Source of the DNA: Eukaryota sp. TZLM1-RC
Taxonomy: Eukaryota; Protista; Metamonada: BaSk clade
DNA: 64,000 bases
Reading direction: 5' to 3'
NCBI GenBank assembly: GCA_040285825.1
Contig: JAUPSS010000004.1
Coordinates: 558,001-622,000 of the forward strand
Shown: in pieces, positions 35,450 through 47,118 of the stretch
How the letters are laid out: every line of letters begins with the position of its first letter
Position numbering within the stretch: position 1 is the stretch's first letter
The notes under the pieces: model-generated
Databases searched by the model: none
What the model was told of the DNA's origin: nothing
The model's input: only the letters and a program-made list of their open reading frames with translations
Made by a program: the position numbers and the translations under genes

Positions 35450-36367
35450 AAAACAAAACAAAACAAACTAAAACACATAAGAGACAAAATTCTCCACGCC
35501 AACTCTTGATGAATCCTTGTGAACCTTGGACATCATTAAATTTAAGTATTTGGGAACACTTCTATACAAAGCAAAAATGACACGATTCTTCCATAAATAC
35601 CCAGCAAAATTGTTACCACTTAAACGAAAAAGAATATTTAAATCATTGAGAAAATTCGAACCAGACTGACCAATATTACTAAAGTCGAGAAGGTAAAAGG
35701 AACAAACGAAAACCTTGAGTAAAGGTTCTTACTTCAATCATTCAATAACTCATCATATTTGTCTCGTTTACGAACCTTAGCCTTGTCCAAATGGCCACTA
35801 GAACTAATTAAAACATCATCACGGTAAATTGAAGCAAAGAGATCAACAGTAGTAAACTCAACAACAACTTGAGAGGAATCCACAAAAGGAGCAATTAAAT
35901 CACCTCGACGTGAATTAAACAGATTATTATCGTTATAATGCTTCAACAAGGGTTCTATCTTGCAACTAAAGTTATAACACTTAAACATTTCGAACGTCAA
36001 ATCACGAACAGCATTATGAAGAACTGACCGATATTGAAGAAACTTCTTACAACTCACAATATGACAAAAATTGGCAGACAATTTTTCATTGCAAATAAAT
36101 TGTATTCATTGAATTTGCACACTTAATTTAATTGCAAATACAAGTAGAATTATCTAAAAGTCCACTTAAAACAACCCTAATCTCAAACGCATGTTTTGCT
36201 TCCAAGCTTCGTTTGTTAAGTGAAGACCAAACGGCGTTGGTTGCTGAGATATTAAACTAGTGCAATTTGGAATGTCTGACAAAAAGGCAGCACAGACGGG
36301 ATTATTAATCTTAGTCACACTAAGTCGATTAGAAAAATACAGGTCTTCAAAACCATTTAAAACAGAT
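35450..36367 (-). mobile_element. Degenerate 3' part of CRE-like family B with a 33-nt family D insertion
   Basis: ANFCHIVSCKKFLQYRSVLHNAVRD...RRGDL and 3' end match 12200-13070. Ends approximate. Confidence 0.88.
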
Positions 36368-36567
36368 GTTAAATACTTTGTAATTTATTTTCAAAACCAC
36401 AAACTAAAAATCAATATCTTCAAAACAAGCTTCCACACCAACAAACCGCACAACAGCAATGTGTTTGTAATGAGCATTCATTAAATTTGATTTTATAAAC
36501 GAAAATTCGTTGCTTCTGAAGATTTTTCTTCATTATTTACACCCCTATTATTTACGGATACATTGTC

Positions 36568-39474
36568 ATGGACGATGTAAACTTAAAGTTTATCCTGGAA
36601 GATCGTCTAGATGCGTTTATCAATCTTCCTACTGTGCCTTCTATCTTAAAAACTGTCCATCTGCTATCCACAACAGACAACATTCCTAAATATGTACTCC
36701 GTAAGGCTACAAACGCCGTGATTCAACACCTTTCATACACTACCGACCCAAAAACATTCTCTTTGTTATGGAAACTGCGCTCAATCTCAGCCATCCATGA
36801 TGTTGATCCTACCTTCATTTCCTCTATAGGGTCTGCTATTGGTACCTTACACAAAGTGCACTCCTCACCTTTACTTCACTCTCTCCTTTCCTCCCTTACC
36901 CACTTTCTCTCCCATTATACCCCCTGTCAATGTCCCCTCCTCTTCGTTACCCCCATCTACCACTCTCTTCACCTTCTCTCACGTCATGCCCCTCCACATT
37001 CTGCTCTTTGGCCTTCCTTATGCCAGCTGTCCTCCTCTCTTTTAGTTTTCACGTCTACCTACATTGACATTTCCGAAACCCGATCTATCGGCACTTTAAT
37101 TCAGGGAGTCTTGAAAATTCTTTATAGTCTCTTGACTTCGTTTGACTTTGGTGCAAGAAAATCTTCATTAATGGCGATGAAGCAGTGTTCAGAGCATTCA
37201 AAGTTGGTTCCCTTTATTATTGACTGTTTCCAAATCAATGACGTGTCACGATTGATTAATGACCCCCATCCACCCATCAGACACGTGGCAGTTTTGCTGT
37301 TTTATAATTTAATTTCTGAATTACCTTTTTTAATTAAACAAGAAGTGAATTTTTTGGAAAATTTTATATTAACTGTTTCCAAAAGAATGTTTATGGAAGC
37401 CAAATCGTCAATCAGATATGATGTCATCAAATGTGTCAGTGAGCTCCCATTGAGCTCTATTAGTCCTTATACTGTCGATGTTTTGTTATCACCTGTTGTC
37501 ACTGCTGAATTGACACCTCCGTTGCCTGACACGTTTGCAAACGTGATGTCAACGTCATCAGGTCAAAATCAATCCAAAAAGAGATCAAAAACTGAAAATT
37601 TGGTACTTGTCAAAGTCGATGATGAGCTCATTTCTCGTCCTTTTGCCCAATTATTCCCATCCCTCCAAAATTTAAACATTAACTCCATTTCAGGTTTAAT
37701 ATTTGAAGGCCTTCATTCTGTTGACCCCTCAGTTAGAGTAATGTCAGTTGATATGTTATACAGCTTGTCGTTACAATTACCTTTATTATTAAATACTGCT
37801 CTTATTCTTTTAGTCCAACTTTTTATAGATTTCTACACAAAAGTCAGGGTTCGGGCTATTTTGTGCACAGTTAAACTTGTGGAGGCTCTTTTTGAAAGGT
37901 CAAAAATAAGTCCAGAAGTCACGTCACATTTGATGGAATCTGGTTTGATTAGTTTGAATGATAAAGACCAAAAAATTCGAAATTATGCAGTGTTGTTGGT
38001 ATTTTACCTTTACAAATATGTTAAAAGTACTAGGTTAGTTGTTTTTCCCAAATTATTAAACCTGATAAATTCAAAACATTCTGGGAAAAGGAAAGCGGCG
38101 TCGATGGTTGCCATTTTGATTGGTCTTGATTGTTCTGATTGGATGTCGGATTTCGAGGTTTCCGTTTGCAAAAATGATAAGAAACTCTATGCAGAAGTAC
38201 TTGAATTATTAGAATTTGGTAGTATGGTATCAAGTGGTGCTGAAATTAGTAATAACAAAAGAATTGTTTTGGAAGATATTTTAGAATTTTCCAAACAATT
38301 AAATTTTAAAATTACCATACATCCGAATTGTTTAAAAGAAGAAACTGAAAATAATAATGCTATTTTATCTTGCAATATACCATTGGAGTTTTTGAAACGA
38401 AATTTTGAAATATTTGAAAAAAAGGGACCAATGTCGATGTTAGATCACAATCAGCTCAACAAAAATCTTGAAATTTTCAAAAATGGACTCGCATCTTTCC
38501 CGAAAAATGAGATCATGACAAGTGTCACTTCCTTGCTTGATCTCAGTGTGAAAATTTCAAGCCATTTTAAAATTGTTGATAGCTATTCCGACCAAGAATT
38601 TAAACAATCATTATGTAGACCTGCTGCTATAATGCTATCAAAGTTATACAAAATCTATCAAAATCTTTTGATTAATGATCTTTTGTTCAATGAAAGTCAA
38701 TCTGATGATGTGATTCAATCAATTTTGATATGGATGTTGGTAATGATTGTAATCTGCGTGTATTGTAGATTTCCCCTCAACACAACCTTTAAAAATTTAT
38801 TCAAAAATTTGGTGACATCTGACATGAGCTCTTCTATTGATGCCCTCTTGTCACTCGGAAACAGCTTGATCCCTATTAACGAGCACGATTTGGATATTTT
38901 TGCTTTCCTAAAAGACATTTTATTACCACCATTACCATTAAATTCCATCTTCCAATGTGCAATTAAGCCTGAATTAGAATTAATTCACCTATTCGTCCCT
39001 GATGATTCTATTAGACTTTTCACTGCTGTTGTAGGAGTTAATGTTGATTGTGGGTTTCAAATAGGTCAAAAAGTAGCTCAAAATAATACTGACCATGCAG
39101 GAATTCTTCAAAAGTCAGCAATCATTCCTTATAAAATGATTGGCTGTGCTCAGCAGAAAGGATCAACTGAGGTCACGTTCGTGGACATTGAAATTTTCAA
39201 TGAGTATCATTACTTAATCAATGAGTCTGATTCTTTCCCTAGAATCGGGACCTTGAAATTTAAATTTCCTTCAATGTCAAAGTCATCAAAACCAGTAAGT
39301 TTTGCGATATCTTTTGGTTTCGTTCCTAAGGAAGTTTCTAAAGAATTTTTTAAATATTTTTATTTCAAATTATCTAATGTTGTTAATGTAGAGCTTCACC
39401 CTGTCGAAATTGGCAAAATTAGAAGTACAAAAGAAGAAGAGAAAAAAGCAATGCTGAGTACTGTTCCTAGGTGA
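36568..39474 (+). CDS. INTS4: HEAT-repeat protein, probably Integrator complex subunit 4
   Basis: INDPHPPIRH and GLIFEGLHSVDPSVRV...ALILLVQLFIDFYTKVRVRAI resemble the INTS4 GAFVHGLEDE..VR...LVDMFNDE..VRL block. Length (~970 aa) fits. Confidence 0.55.
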   Translation: MDDVNLKFILEDRLDAFINLPTVPSILKTVHLLSTTDNIPKYVLRKATNAVIQHLSYTTDPKTFSLLWKLRSISAIHDVDPTFISSIGSAIGTLHKVHSSPLLHSLLSSLTHFLSHYTPCQCPLLFVTPIYHSLHLLSRHAPPHSALWPSLCQLSSSLLVFTSTYIDISETRSIGTLIQGVLKILYSLLTSFDFGARKSSLMAMKQCSEHSKLVPFIIDCFQINDVSRLINDPHPPIRHVAVLLFYNLISELPFLIKQEVNFLENFILTVSKRMFMEAKSSIRYDVIKCVSELPLSSISPYTVDVLLSPVVTAELTPPLPDTFANVMSTSSGQNQSKKRSKTENLVLVKVDDELISRPFAQLFPSLQNLNINSISGLIFEGLHSVDPSVRVMSVDMLYSLSLQLPLLLNTALILLVQLFIDFYTKVRVRAILCTVKLVEALFERSKISPEVTSHLMESGLISLNDKDQKIRNYAVLLVFYLYKYVKSTRLVVFPKLLNLINSKHSGKRKAASMVAILIGLDCSDWMSDFEVSVCKNDKKLYAEVLELLEFGSMVSSGAEISNNKRIVLEDILEFSKQLNFKITIHPNCLKEETENNNAILSCNIPLEFLKRNFEIFEKKGPMSMLDHNQLNKNLEIFKNGLASFPKNEIMTSVTSLLDLSVKISSHFKIVDSYSDQEFKQSLCRPAAIMLSKLYKIYQNLLINDLLFNESQSDDVIQSILIWMLVMIVICVYCRFPLNTTFKNLFKNLVTSDMSSSIDALLSLGNSLIPINEHDLDIFAFLKDILLPPLPLNSIFQCAIKPELELIHLFVPDDSIRLFTAVVGVNVDCGFQIGQKVAQNNTDHAGILQKSAIIPYKMIGCAQQKGSTEVTFVDIEIFNEYHYLINESDSFPRIGTLKFKFPSMSKSSKPVSFAISFGFVPKEVSKEFFKYFYFKLSNVVNVELHPVEIGKIRSTKEEEKKAMLSTVPR

Positions 39475-39939
39475 TTTAAATAAAATACGGTTTATTTGTT
39501 GGTGTTCATTGTTGTTTACTTTAACTATACTGATAGAACACCATGTAATTTTAAATTGTGTATCTTGGAACCCCCAATTTCATGTTGGAACCAATCAGAT
39601 ATTCTCGAAATTCGAAAGCGAAAGAATTTGAACAATGGGTCTAAAAATGGGGATGTAGGCTTACATTTTTAACTTATTCATCCAGTTTCAAACATTTTAA
39701 AAACACTGCTGAACCCAAGCTGAGATTTCTAGTGACATGTTAAACATTCCATGTATAATACCAATACTGGTTCAAATTCATTGCTGAATTTAATTCATAT
39801 AATTCAGATCCTAAATAATTGAGATGAGCAGTTCGCTAGGTCAGCTATTGCAACAACACGGAGTTTGCGGAGGGATGTGATGCACAATTGTCTCACACCA
39901 ATGTGGAACAATTTTCAAGCAGTGCTCATTATCTGGTGC

Positions 39940-40673
39940 TGTTGGCGCCTCAAGGCTTATATAATATGATTAGAAAAAAAATTAATTTTTTCTCATTGGT
40001 CTTTCTTTAATCTCTTTAGACTTACGGCTACAATAATTATTGTCCATTTTAAAGTCAAGGTATACCAAAAAATAACTTCAGCTTTTACACGGTAACAGCC
40101 AACTAGATATCCTTTCAGTATGTCAGACATCTTTCAGAAAGATATCTCTGACTTCACTCATTCACCTAACATGCAGCATCAGCAGGGTACACAACAAAAA
40201 CTACAACAAACATACAAAAGGTTGACGAGGAAACGGACCCGGATCCCACCTCCCCCTTCAAGAAAGAAGCAGTGGAAAAAAAGGACGAGGTACCTCTTCT
40301 GCAACAGTGGTTACAAAAGGAACAGGCGCGGACCCAAATCCCACCTCTCCTTTGAGAGTAAATAAAGAGGTTACGAGAACGGATCCGGCTCCTTCTTCCC
40401 TCACAAAGGAAGTGGACCACCAGAGTCAGATGAGGCCACGAGAATGGACCCAGTTCCCTCTCCCCTCCCTAATGTATCATCTAGTAAAGAAACGGATGGA
40501 AATCCTACTTTACATAAGCAACCCCTCTAGGAGAGTATCAAACACTAAAAGGGGAAGAGGACTACAGTGATGGATTCTATAAACTCCTAACAAGGACGCG
40601 GGGCTTTATTTCGAATCAATGGACTTTTATCCATTCGAGGAGCTGCCTCCCTTATGGAGCCAAACACAAAAAA
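39940..40673 (+). mobile_element. 5' fragment of a related Gypsy element (LTR 39940-40032, leader, gag start)
   Basis: TGTTGGCGCC.CAAGGCTTATATAATATGA, ATAATTATTG.CCATTTTAAAGTCAA, ATGTCAGACATCTTT and TRTDPAPS repeats all match 17683-18460. Confidence 0.88.
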
Positions 40674-41531
40674 GTCGACTACGTACGAGATTACGAGTAG
40701 AAACTTCACCTCCATTATTATTGTACTACAATGGCAAGGATACAATTGTTGCTTCTCTGATATTTTTAGTCGTAAAGCAGTACTTTAACAACAAAAGACG
40801 CCGCCTTCAGGTTTTTGCAGTTTGTTACTTCGCTTACTGTTGTTCTTGATCCAACATAGACCCTGCATGATCATTAGGGAATCCATTCTTCGATTTCATG
40901 ATACCTATACTAAACGAAACTACCACGTTACTCGTTTACGAAGAAGGGAAGAAGCAGAGCGTCTTTATGTAACGATTAAAACATACACAACAAGGTATTC
41001 AAACACACAGATCATGGAACGAGGCCCTTTTCAGTTATTGCTTACTACCTTATACTAACATTATTGTGGGAGAGTCATAGTACATTAATTGTCGATAATT
41101 GTGTTTATTGTTGCTTACTTTAATTGAATTTTTCAAATTAAGTAAACCACATACAACAACATTTTTCTATAGCTTTTATCCCTAACTGTACCCAGTAGAC
41201 TCTAGTTGAGAAACCAGAAGTTTCGACAATGTCTCGTTTTCAAAGCGCAAAAACAAGAAGAAAGAGAGAAAAGTGGGACAGAGTACTAATCCAAATGGAA
41301 CGTTTGAAATTTTTGAAGTTTTGTTGTTCAATGTAAAACCCTTGCCGTGTGATTGATGGACCTTGTGACAAAATTTCCTTAGAAATTTAGAATAGAAACG
41401 AACAAAACCAAACAGACATGTTCAAAAGAGGCAAACATACAGAGGCTACGATTATTGATGTGGAATTTATTGTGAAGGTCTCTGAAGATTAAAACAAAAA
41501 AAATTTACTACATATGAAGCAAAAACAAAAG

Positions 41532-43028
41532 CTACTTGACAGAAACTGAAATATTTGGTTGACAAATTAAAACACCAAATACATAACCTCCAGGAATATT
41601 GATAGCCAGACCCTGATGATAATGACCTACCTTGAAATAAGCAGTGTTTCCTTGAATGGTAACTATAACTGACTGGTGTTGTCCACTAGCATTGGTGAGA
41701 CCACCTACACTACTATTATTCTGATACACATTGCTTTGGTAAAATGTACTATAATCATTAGTAGGATTGTTTTGCAAGTAACTTGGATTGAAAAATCCAT
41801 ACATAACATTTTGATTACCAGTGGTATCTAATCTAGTAAAAACGACAGTACAATTACCAGAATAATTAACTTGAACAAATGAATTATTCCAATTACTACC
41901 GCAGTGTTTGGTAACGACACTATTACCCTGAGACAAAGTCAAATGCGAACCCTTATTGCTAGGATTAAACAAGCATCTATTTAGACCGCCACCAACCTCA
42001 ACTACCTTCTCCACTGCCTCTTCTTCAGTATTGACACACATGTCACAACTCATTCCTGGATCTTTTCCCTTTCCAATAACCCCAACAATACTTTCAGCCA
42101 ACCTTAAACTTGTTTCCTCCCTCCTTAACAAAACTTCTCTTTCCTCGACCAGTTCTTTATTCTTGACATTAACCTCATTCAATTGAGTTTCTAATTGCTT
42201 AATTGTAGCTTGGTGGTTGGAATTAACATAACCCGTACTATTAATCACACTGAATTTAGGGTTAACATTCACCTGGGGAACACCGGCATTCTCTTGCTTG
42301 ATATTCAGAGATTTGACGTAACTATTCACAAAAACAAATCGTTCATTAATCAAATCAGCTAAACCGTGAAGTTGATTGTACATTTCATTGAGCAAACCTT
42401 CCAACTCAGTCTTATCCAGGGGTTTGAGTGGGGAAAAAGAGCTATCCAATACCTTTTGAAGGGCAGTTTCGGAATAAGAGTGAGAAGCACTGAGTGTGCT
42501 TGTGAAGCCTTGTTCCAAGTGGTGGATGGCTAGTCCCATGGTCTTGGTCAGAGCATCCTTACGTTCTTGGTATTCTTCCGATTTGGCGAGGTGGGAAACT
42601 TCTTGATCGAAGCGGGAGAGGTTGTCTCTAACACGATCTACCATTTGGGTAGTTTTGATGATGGAGGTGTAGTGAGTGGAGCAACCGTTGAAGACGACAC
42701 AATCAGCGCAAATGACTTTGAGACAGCTGAGACAAAAGTACTCTAGTTGCTTTTCCTTGTGGGTGGAGCAGTGGGGGATGGTAGAGGGATTACCGCGACG
42801 GTGTGTTTTATAGCGAGGAATGCCATCGTGGAGAGAGAGACACTCCGAGCAGTATACGATCTCACAATCAAGACAATATTGAACTGCTTTCAATTTATCG
42901 CAACCTTGGCAAAGAGCTGTGGTAGAAGTGTAGTCGTTACCCATTGTAGAAGAATCAGAGTCACAGCCACCGTTATAAGGAGTGCTTTTGGGTTGATTAG
43001 TGGAACGAATTGACTTCTTTCCAGGCAT
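41532..43028 (-). CDS. Tandem B-box zinc finger, coiled coil and SPRY-like domain protein (RING-less TRIM-like)
   Basis: CQGC..YCLDC..YCSEC..H..H, CSTH..YFCLSC..ICADC..H, FNPSNKGSHLTLSQGNSVVTK. First ATG at 43028. Confidence 0.8.
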   Translation of the reverse strand: MPGKKSIRSTNQPKSTPYNGGCDSDSSTMGNDYTSTTALCQGCDKLKAVQYCLDCEIVYCSECLSLHDGIPRYKTHRRGNPSTIPHCSTHKEKQLEYFCLSCLKVICADCVVFNGCSTHYTSIIKTTQMVDRVRDNLSRFDQEVSHLAKSEEYQERKDALTKTMGLAIHHLEQGFTSTLSASHSYSETALQKVLDSSFSPLKPLDKTELEGLLNEMYNQLHGLADLINERFVFVNSYVKSLNIKQENAGVPQVNVNPKFSVINSTGYVNSNHQATIKQLETQLNEVNVKNKELVEEREVLLRREETSLRLAESIVGVIGKGKDPGMSCDMCVNTEEEAVEKVVEVGGGLNRCLFNPSNKGSHLTLSQGNSVVTKHCGSNWNNSFVQVNYSGNCTVVFTRLDTTGNQNVMYGFFNPSYLQNNPTNDYSTFYQSNVYQNNSSVGGLTNASGQHQSVIVTIQGNTAYFKVGHYHQGLAINIPGGYVFGVLICQPNISVSVK

Positions 43029-43823
43029 CAAAGATTTAAGATAAAATTTTGATTTTGGTGCAATTGAAATCAATTAGAAATTTGGGTTCCACCTTTCAAA
43101 TGAACAATTATAGATTTGTTTCAAAAGCTGATGCAATGTTTCAAGAAATTACTGTTCAATAGCTACATACCATATTCACTTAAATTGCATTGATTGACTA
43201 TCATCCTTACATTTAAGTTATGTTGTTTCTATTTCCAAGGTCAGTTTTTGCAGAAAGAAGTGTGAATATTTATCATTTCAGTGATTGTTGTGATAAACTG
43301 ACAGCCAAGTATCACCTTGAAGCAAGATTTTGATACCCATCTTTTCAATATTGACCATCAAATTAGATACACACTTGAGGTCTGTTGAAATCTGTATGGA
43401 TGCCTGGTTCAACAGGCATTGGTGAAGAAAAGATCATTTGGATTTTTGTTCAATTTATTTATTTCTATATTCACGCCCAATTCCGGAAATAGTTTAAGCA
43501 AGTGTTCTTTCAATGACTGAGGAAAAAATCCTTTCACCTGCTTTCTGTCCAATTCTGGACCTATATCATTACAATCTCTCAGGAAACAGATTTCTTGTGT
43601 TGGAATCTCGAATCAAGTGTTGATCAAGGAGTAGTCAAATGTGTAAAAATGAGTGTTTTGTATTTGCAGAAATGTTTTTGGATTTTTGACTTGATTTTTT
43701 GTTTCAATGTAGCTGAAATAAATCACTTGTTTTCATAAAGCAGTTGTCTGCAACAGTTGCAATATAACATTTTTAGAAAAAAGATGGGTGTGATAAATTG
43801 AGATTTACTAAAAATCCTTAAAT

Positions 43824-44309
43824 CTACATCAAATTACAACAAAAACAACTACAACTACCAATACCATGGTCCACGTCATCGTCAAAAGAGTTACTCTTCA
43901 GCAATGAGAGGAGAACCTCTGCGAATGTACATTCCTCGTTTATCACAAACACCGGGGCATCGACAGCCAAGTTAAGAGAATTTCTGGAAAGGCCACTGAT
44001 ATTGGTCTTAGTAAGACAAATGGCAGAGGGTTTCGACGTGGAAGTTAGACGATGGTAGGCCTGGATTGCTTCATCTAGACTTAACACATCAGTAGTATCA
44101 ATGGTAAACAAAAACAGGTCGTGAGGAATGTGCTTGTGTACATCATGCAGTTCCATCAGACAGAGAGTATAAGACCCTATATTAAGCAATATCTTGGTGT
44201 AGTGTCTTCGTTTTGAATAGCTACCTTCTGGTGCCAAAGAGGCAATAAGTGTGGACTTGGCGGAAAGAGGGAGTCCCGCAACAGCGACCCTGATGACACG
44301 GTTTGTCAT
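43824..44309 (-). CDS. Highly divergent Ras-superfamily-like protein with CaaX
   Basis: IRVAVAGLPLSAKSTLI (G1-like), LFLFTIDTTDVLSLDEA, AICLTKTN (G4-like), C-terminal CCNLM. Confidence 0.6.
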   Translation of the reverse strand: MTNRVIRVAVAGLPLSAKSTLIASLAPEGSYSKRRHYTKILLNIGSYTLCLMELHDVHKHIPHDLFLFTIDTTDVLSLDEAIQAYHRLTSTSKPSAICLTKTNISGLSRNSLNLAVDAPVFVINEECTFAEVLLSLLKSNSFDDDVDHGIGSCSCFCCNLM

Positions 44310-44367
44310 GAAAGCATTGGTTTGAGGTTGTGATTCAAATAAATTATCTCTCAATAATTAAATGTAA

Positions 44368-45266
44368 TTATTGAATTTGCACACTTAATTAAATTAACTC
44401 ATAACTAATGGGACGACTATCATTGAACCAAGATTTCCTCTACAAAATCTTGATCTGCTTGCTGTCTAGCTAAAGCTTCTCTAATTCGATTGAAAAACCG
44501 CGTTAATCTATTAATAATGGCAAATTGAATCCGTGAACGCCATAAAAAAATATCAAATCTTTTCATTGTTTTTTCTTGCACCATTTTTTGGAAGTCATCC
44601 AAAAAAGTTTCTGCTTCAACTGATAATCTTCCATTTATCGAAAATGGGAAAGCAATAAAAACCAGCTGCGTATTTCTATCCACATTTGCCTCTTCAATAT
44701 CTTTATCATATTTTCTATGTTTCTCTTTTGCTTTAAAATCCAGAGCAGCCACAGGATTAAGTTTCCTTCTGTGAACCAAAGTATCATTTGCAACATTACA
44801 TGAGACAAAGTCAACAATAGCTTCAGAATTATCAATCCAATCACAGTATACATCACCTCTATCATCAGAACCAAAATTATTCAGAGAAAGTGTTTCCTTC
44901 AGCAGGGGCTCTTTGATACACGATATCCTTGCAGTTTGTGCCATATTGAAAACAGTGTCTTTAACAGCATCATGTAATGAAGAACGATAAGTTATCAATT
45001 TAGAGCAATTCAGAGCATGGCGCAAAGTGAGTTGAGGTGAATTCGAACAAATACATTTTTCTTTTGATAATAATTGATTAATGGGGATGTTCAAATATAA
45101 TCTCATTTTTGTTACAAATGCTTCATCAGTGGCACACAACCCAAATCTTCGTGGTACAATAGTTACAAAAAGTGAAGAATCTGACGACTTGTTTTCACAA
45201 ACACCCTTTTCTAATAACAATGAGTGAAGATCTTGATTTAAAACAGCCGAGCTGCATATATTATTA
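44368..45266 (-). mobile_element. 5'-truncated CRE-like family D (knuckle + endonuclease)
   Basis: Near-identical to 59825-60727: CIC..HALNC, HDAVKD, DRGDV, FIAFPFSING. Confidence 0.9.
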
Positions 45267-45576
45267 CATATTCAATAATGAGAATATTAAATTCACACTT
45301 TTGAATTGATTTATAAATATGGCTTTCTGTTGGTACAATGACACTTTAATTCAGTAATCAACTTTAACTAATCATTCTAGCTGATTATGGCCCATATATC
45401 CAATGATGGGAGATTGTCGTCATTCACTTGAATAAGTTTAAGGATCATAGCAACAAAGAATCAACCCTTATCAAAGATTCCTCATTGAAAACCGCGCAGT
45501 GAAAATTTGCTTTAAATGGACTACTATTGCAGTTAAATCAAATAAATTTGATTCATCCACAAATCCTTACCAAACT

Positions 45577-47118
45577 ATGGAAGACCCACTTCCTTTCATA
45601 GAATCCCTATCAGAGGACATATTAGCTGATCCCTCTCAAGAACCATTCCTGCTCGACCTCCTCTCTCATCTCTACGAATCCACTCTCACTGAGTTTCTAC
45701 CTTCTTCTCTCCCTTCTTACTCTGATTCGCACTCAATAGACCAGCTCATCACAGAAGACTTAGATGATGAACAAATATGGGGCCAACTATCATACAGAAA
45801 CGATGCTATAAACTCTCTTCTTTCTCACTCCGAGTCTTTACTCTCTGAAATGCCAGCTCCCCAATCAGAAGACCTCACCGTTGACAACACAGCAGAATCA
45901 GATGAAGAAATCATTTTTTCTGACGATGAAGACCTTGATAGTCAGGAAGAAAGTGACGTTGAATCAGGTTCCGATGACGTGATAGATGATGACGTGGCTG
46001 AGGATGACGTGATGGATGATGACGTGGCAGCTGAGTTTGAGAATGAGGAAGATGAAGACGAAATGGACCAATATCTTGACTCTCTACTAGATGAGGAAAT
46101 AGGTCAAAATGATGACGTGGATGGTCAAAATGATGACGAACTTGATTTATTTGATGAACTTGATGATGGTGAAGATGTCACGTATGAGCAATTTTTCGGT
46201 TCAGAACCACCACCAGCAGAACCAAATTTTGACATGTCTGAAGAGGAATTTGACGAAGATGAAGAAGAGAACAATGAGGATCAAGAAGAGCTCACTGAAG
46301 AAGAGTTAAAAATTCGGCAACTTGAGGACGAATCACTCAATCAAAAAGATTGGTTCATGAGGGGTGAAGTTTCCGACAAAGATCGACCTCATAATTCGTT
46401 GTTATCAGCTACTGTAGATTTTGATACTGGAATTGCCAGGAAAGTTGTCGATGACGACGATTATGATGACGTGGAGGGGGTCAAAAAAGACAGTCAAAAT
46501 TCCCAAAATTCGATCGAAGAAATGATTAAGCAACGAATCAAAGACGGTTTATTTGATGATCCAGTCAAGGTCACAATAGATCAAAAATCTGATAGAAAGG
46601 ATCAAAAAGATCTTGACGATTCAGGACCTGGTCAACGGCAGTCTTTGGGTGACGTTTACGAGCAAGATTTCCTCAAAATCCGTGGTTTTGTAAATGATGC
46701 TGAGTTGGTAGAGTTGAGACAGAATTCACAAATCTTATTGGATAATATTATGTTGGAATTAGATAAATTAACTCAAACCAAGCATGGATTTGCAATTAAA
46801 CAATTAATTCCTGATGATATTGAAATTAAAAAGAATAACATTGCTTCAATGGAAGCTTCTGATTCGACAGCAGTTTCTCTTCATCCCCATCAGTTAGCTG
46901 ATCAATCAAGTGTCAATCAACGTGCCAAGGGTGTCGTGACTAGTCAAGAAGAGCTCAGTAAGGAGGAAAGAAAAGCTAAAAGGAGGGCAAAGAAGGAGAG
47001 GAATAAGGGGAAAGTGTTTAAGAAAAAGGAGGGTTCGGTCAAAAACAAGGGTCAAAATGATGGTGTTAAATATGGTCGGTCAAGTGAATTCTTTAAACTT
47101 ATGGATCAAAACAAGTAG
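45577..47118 (+). CDS. MPP10: U3 snoRNP protein MPP10
   Basis: LDDEQIWGQL, long acidic tract, KDWFMRGEV...RPHNSLL, IEEMIKQRIKDGLFDD, SLGDVYEQDF, SSEFFKLM. Confidence 0.93.
   Translation: MEDPLPFIESLSEDILADPSQEPFLLDLLSHLYESTLTEFLPSSLPSYSDSHSIDQLITEDLDDEQIWGQLSYRNDAINSLLSHSESLLSEMPAPQSEDLTVDNTAESDEEIIFSDDEDLDSQEESDVESGSDDVIDDDVAEDDVMDDDVAAEFENEEDEDEMDQYLDSLLDEEIGQNDDVDGQNDDELDLFDELDDGEDVTYEQFFGSEPPPAEPNFDMSEEEFDEDEEENNEDQEELTEEELKIRQLEDESLNQKDWFMRGEVSDKDRPHNSLLSATVDFDTGIARKVVDDDDYDDVEGVKKDSQNSQNSIEEMIKQRIKDGLFDDPVKVTIDQKSDRKDQKDLDDSGPGQRQSLGDVYEQDFLKIRGFVNDAELVELRQNSQILLDNIMLELDKLTQTKHGFAIKQLIPDDIEIKKNNIASMEASDSTAVSLHPHQLADQSSVNQRAKGVVTSQEELSKEERKAKRRAKKERNKGKVFKKKEGSVKNKGQNDGVKYGRSSEFFKLMDQNK

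Noticed and set aside
43100-43800. Decayed coding-like sequence (also ~23520-24300, 40680-41060, 47250-48120, 58600-59100)
   Set aside because: Stop-riddled translations with no motif I can assign; needs a translated database search.
44352-45279. TCAATAAT as TSD of the family D copy
   Set aside because: The left copy is not flush with the element end, and the match is likely by chance in AT-rich DNA.
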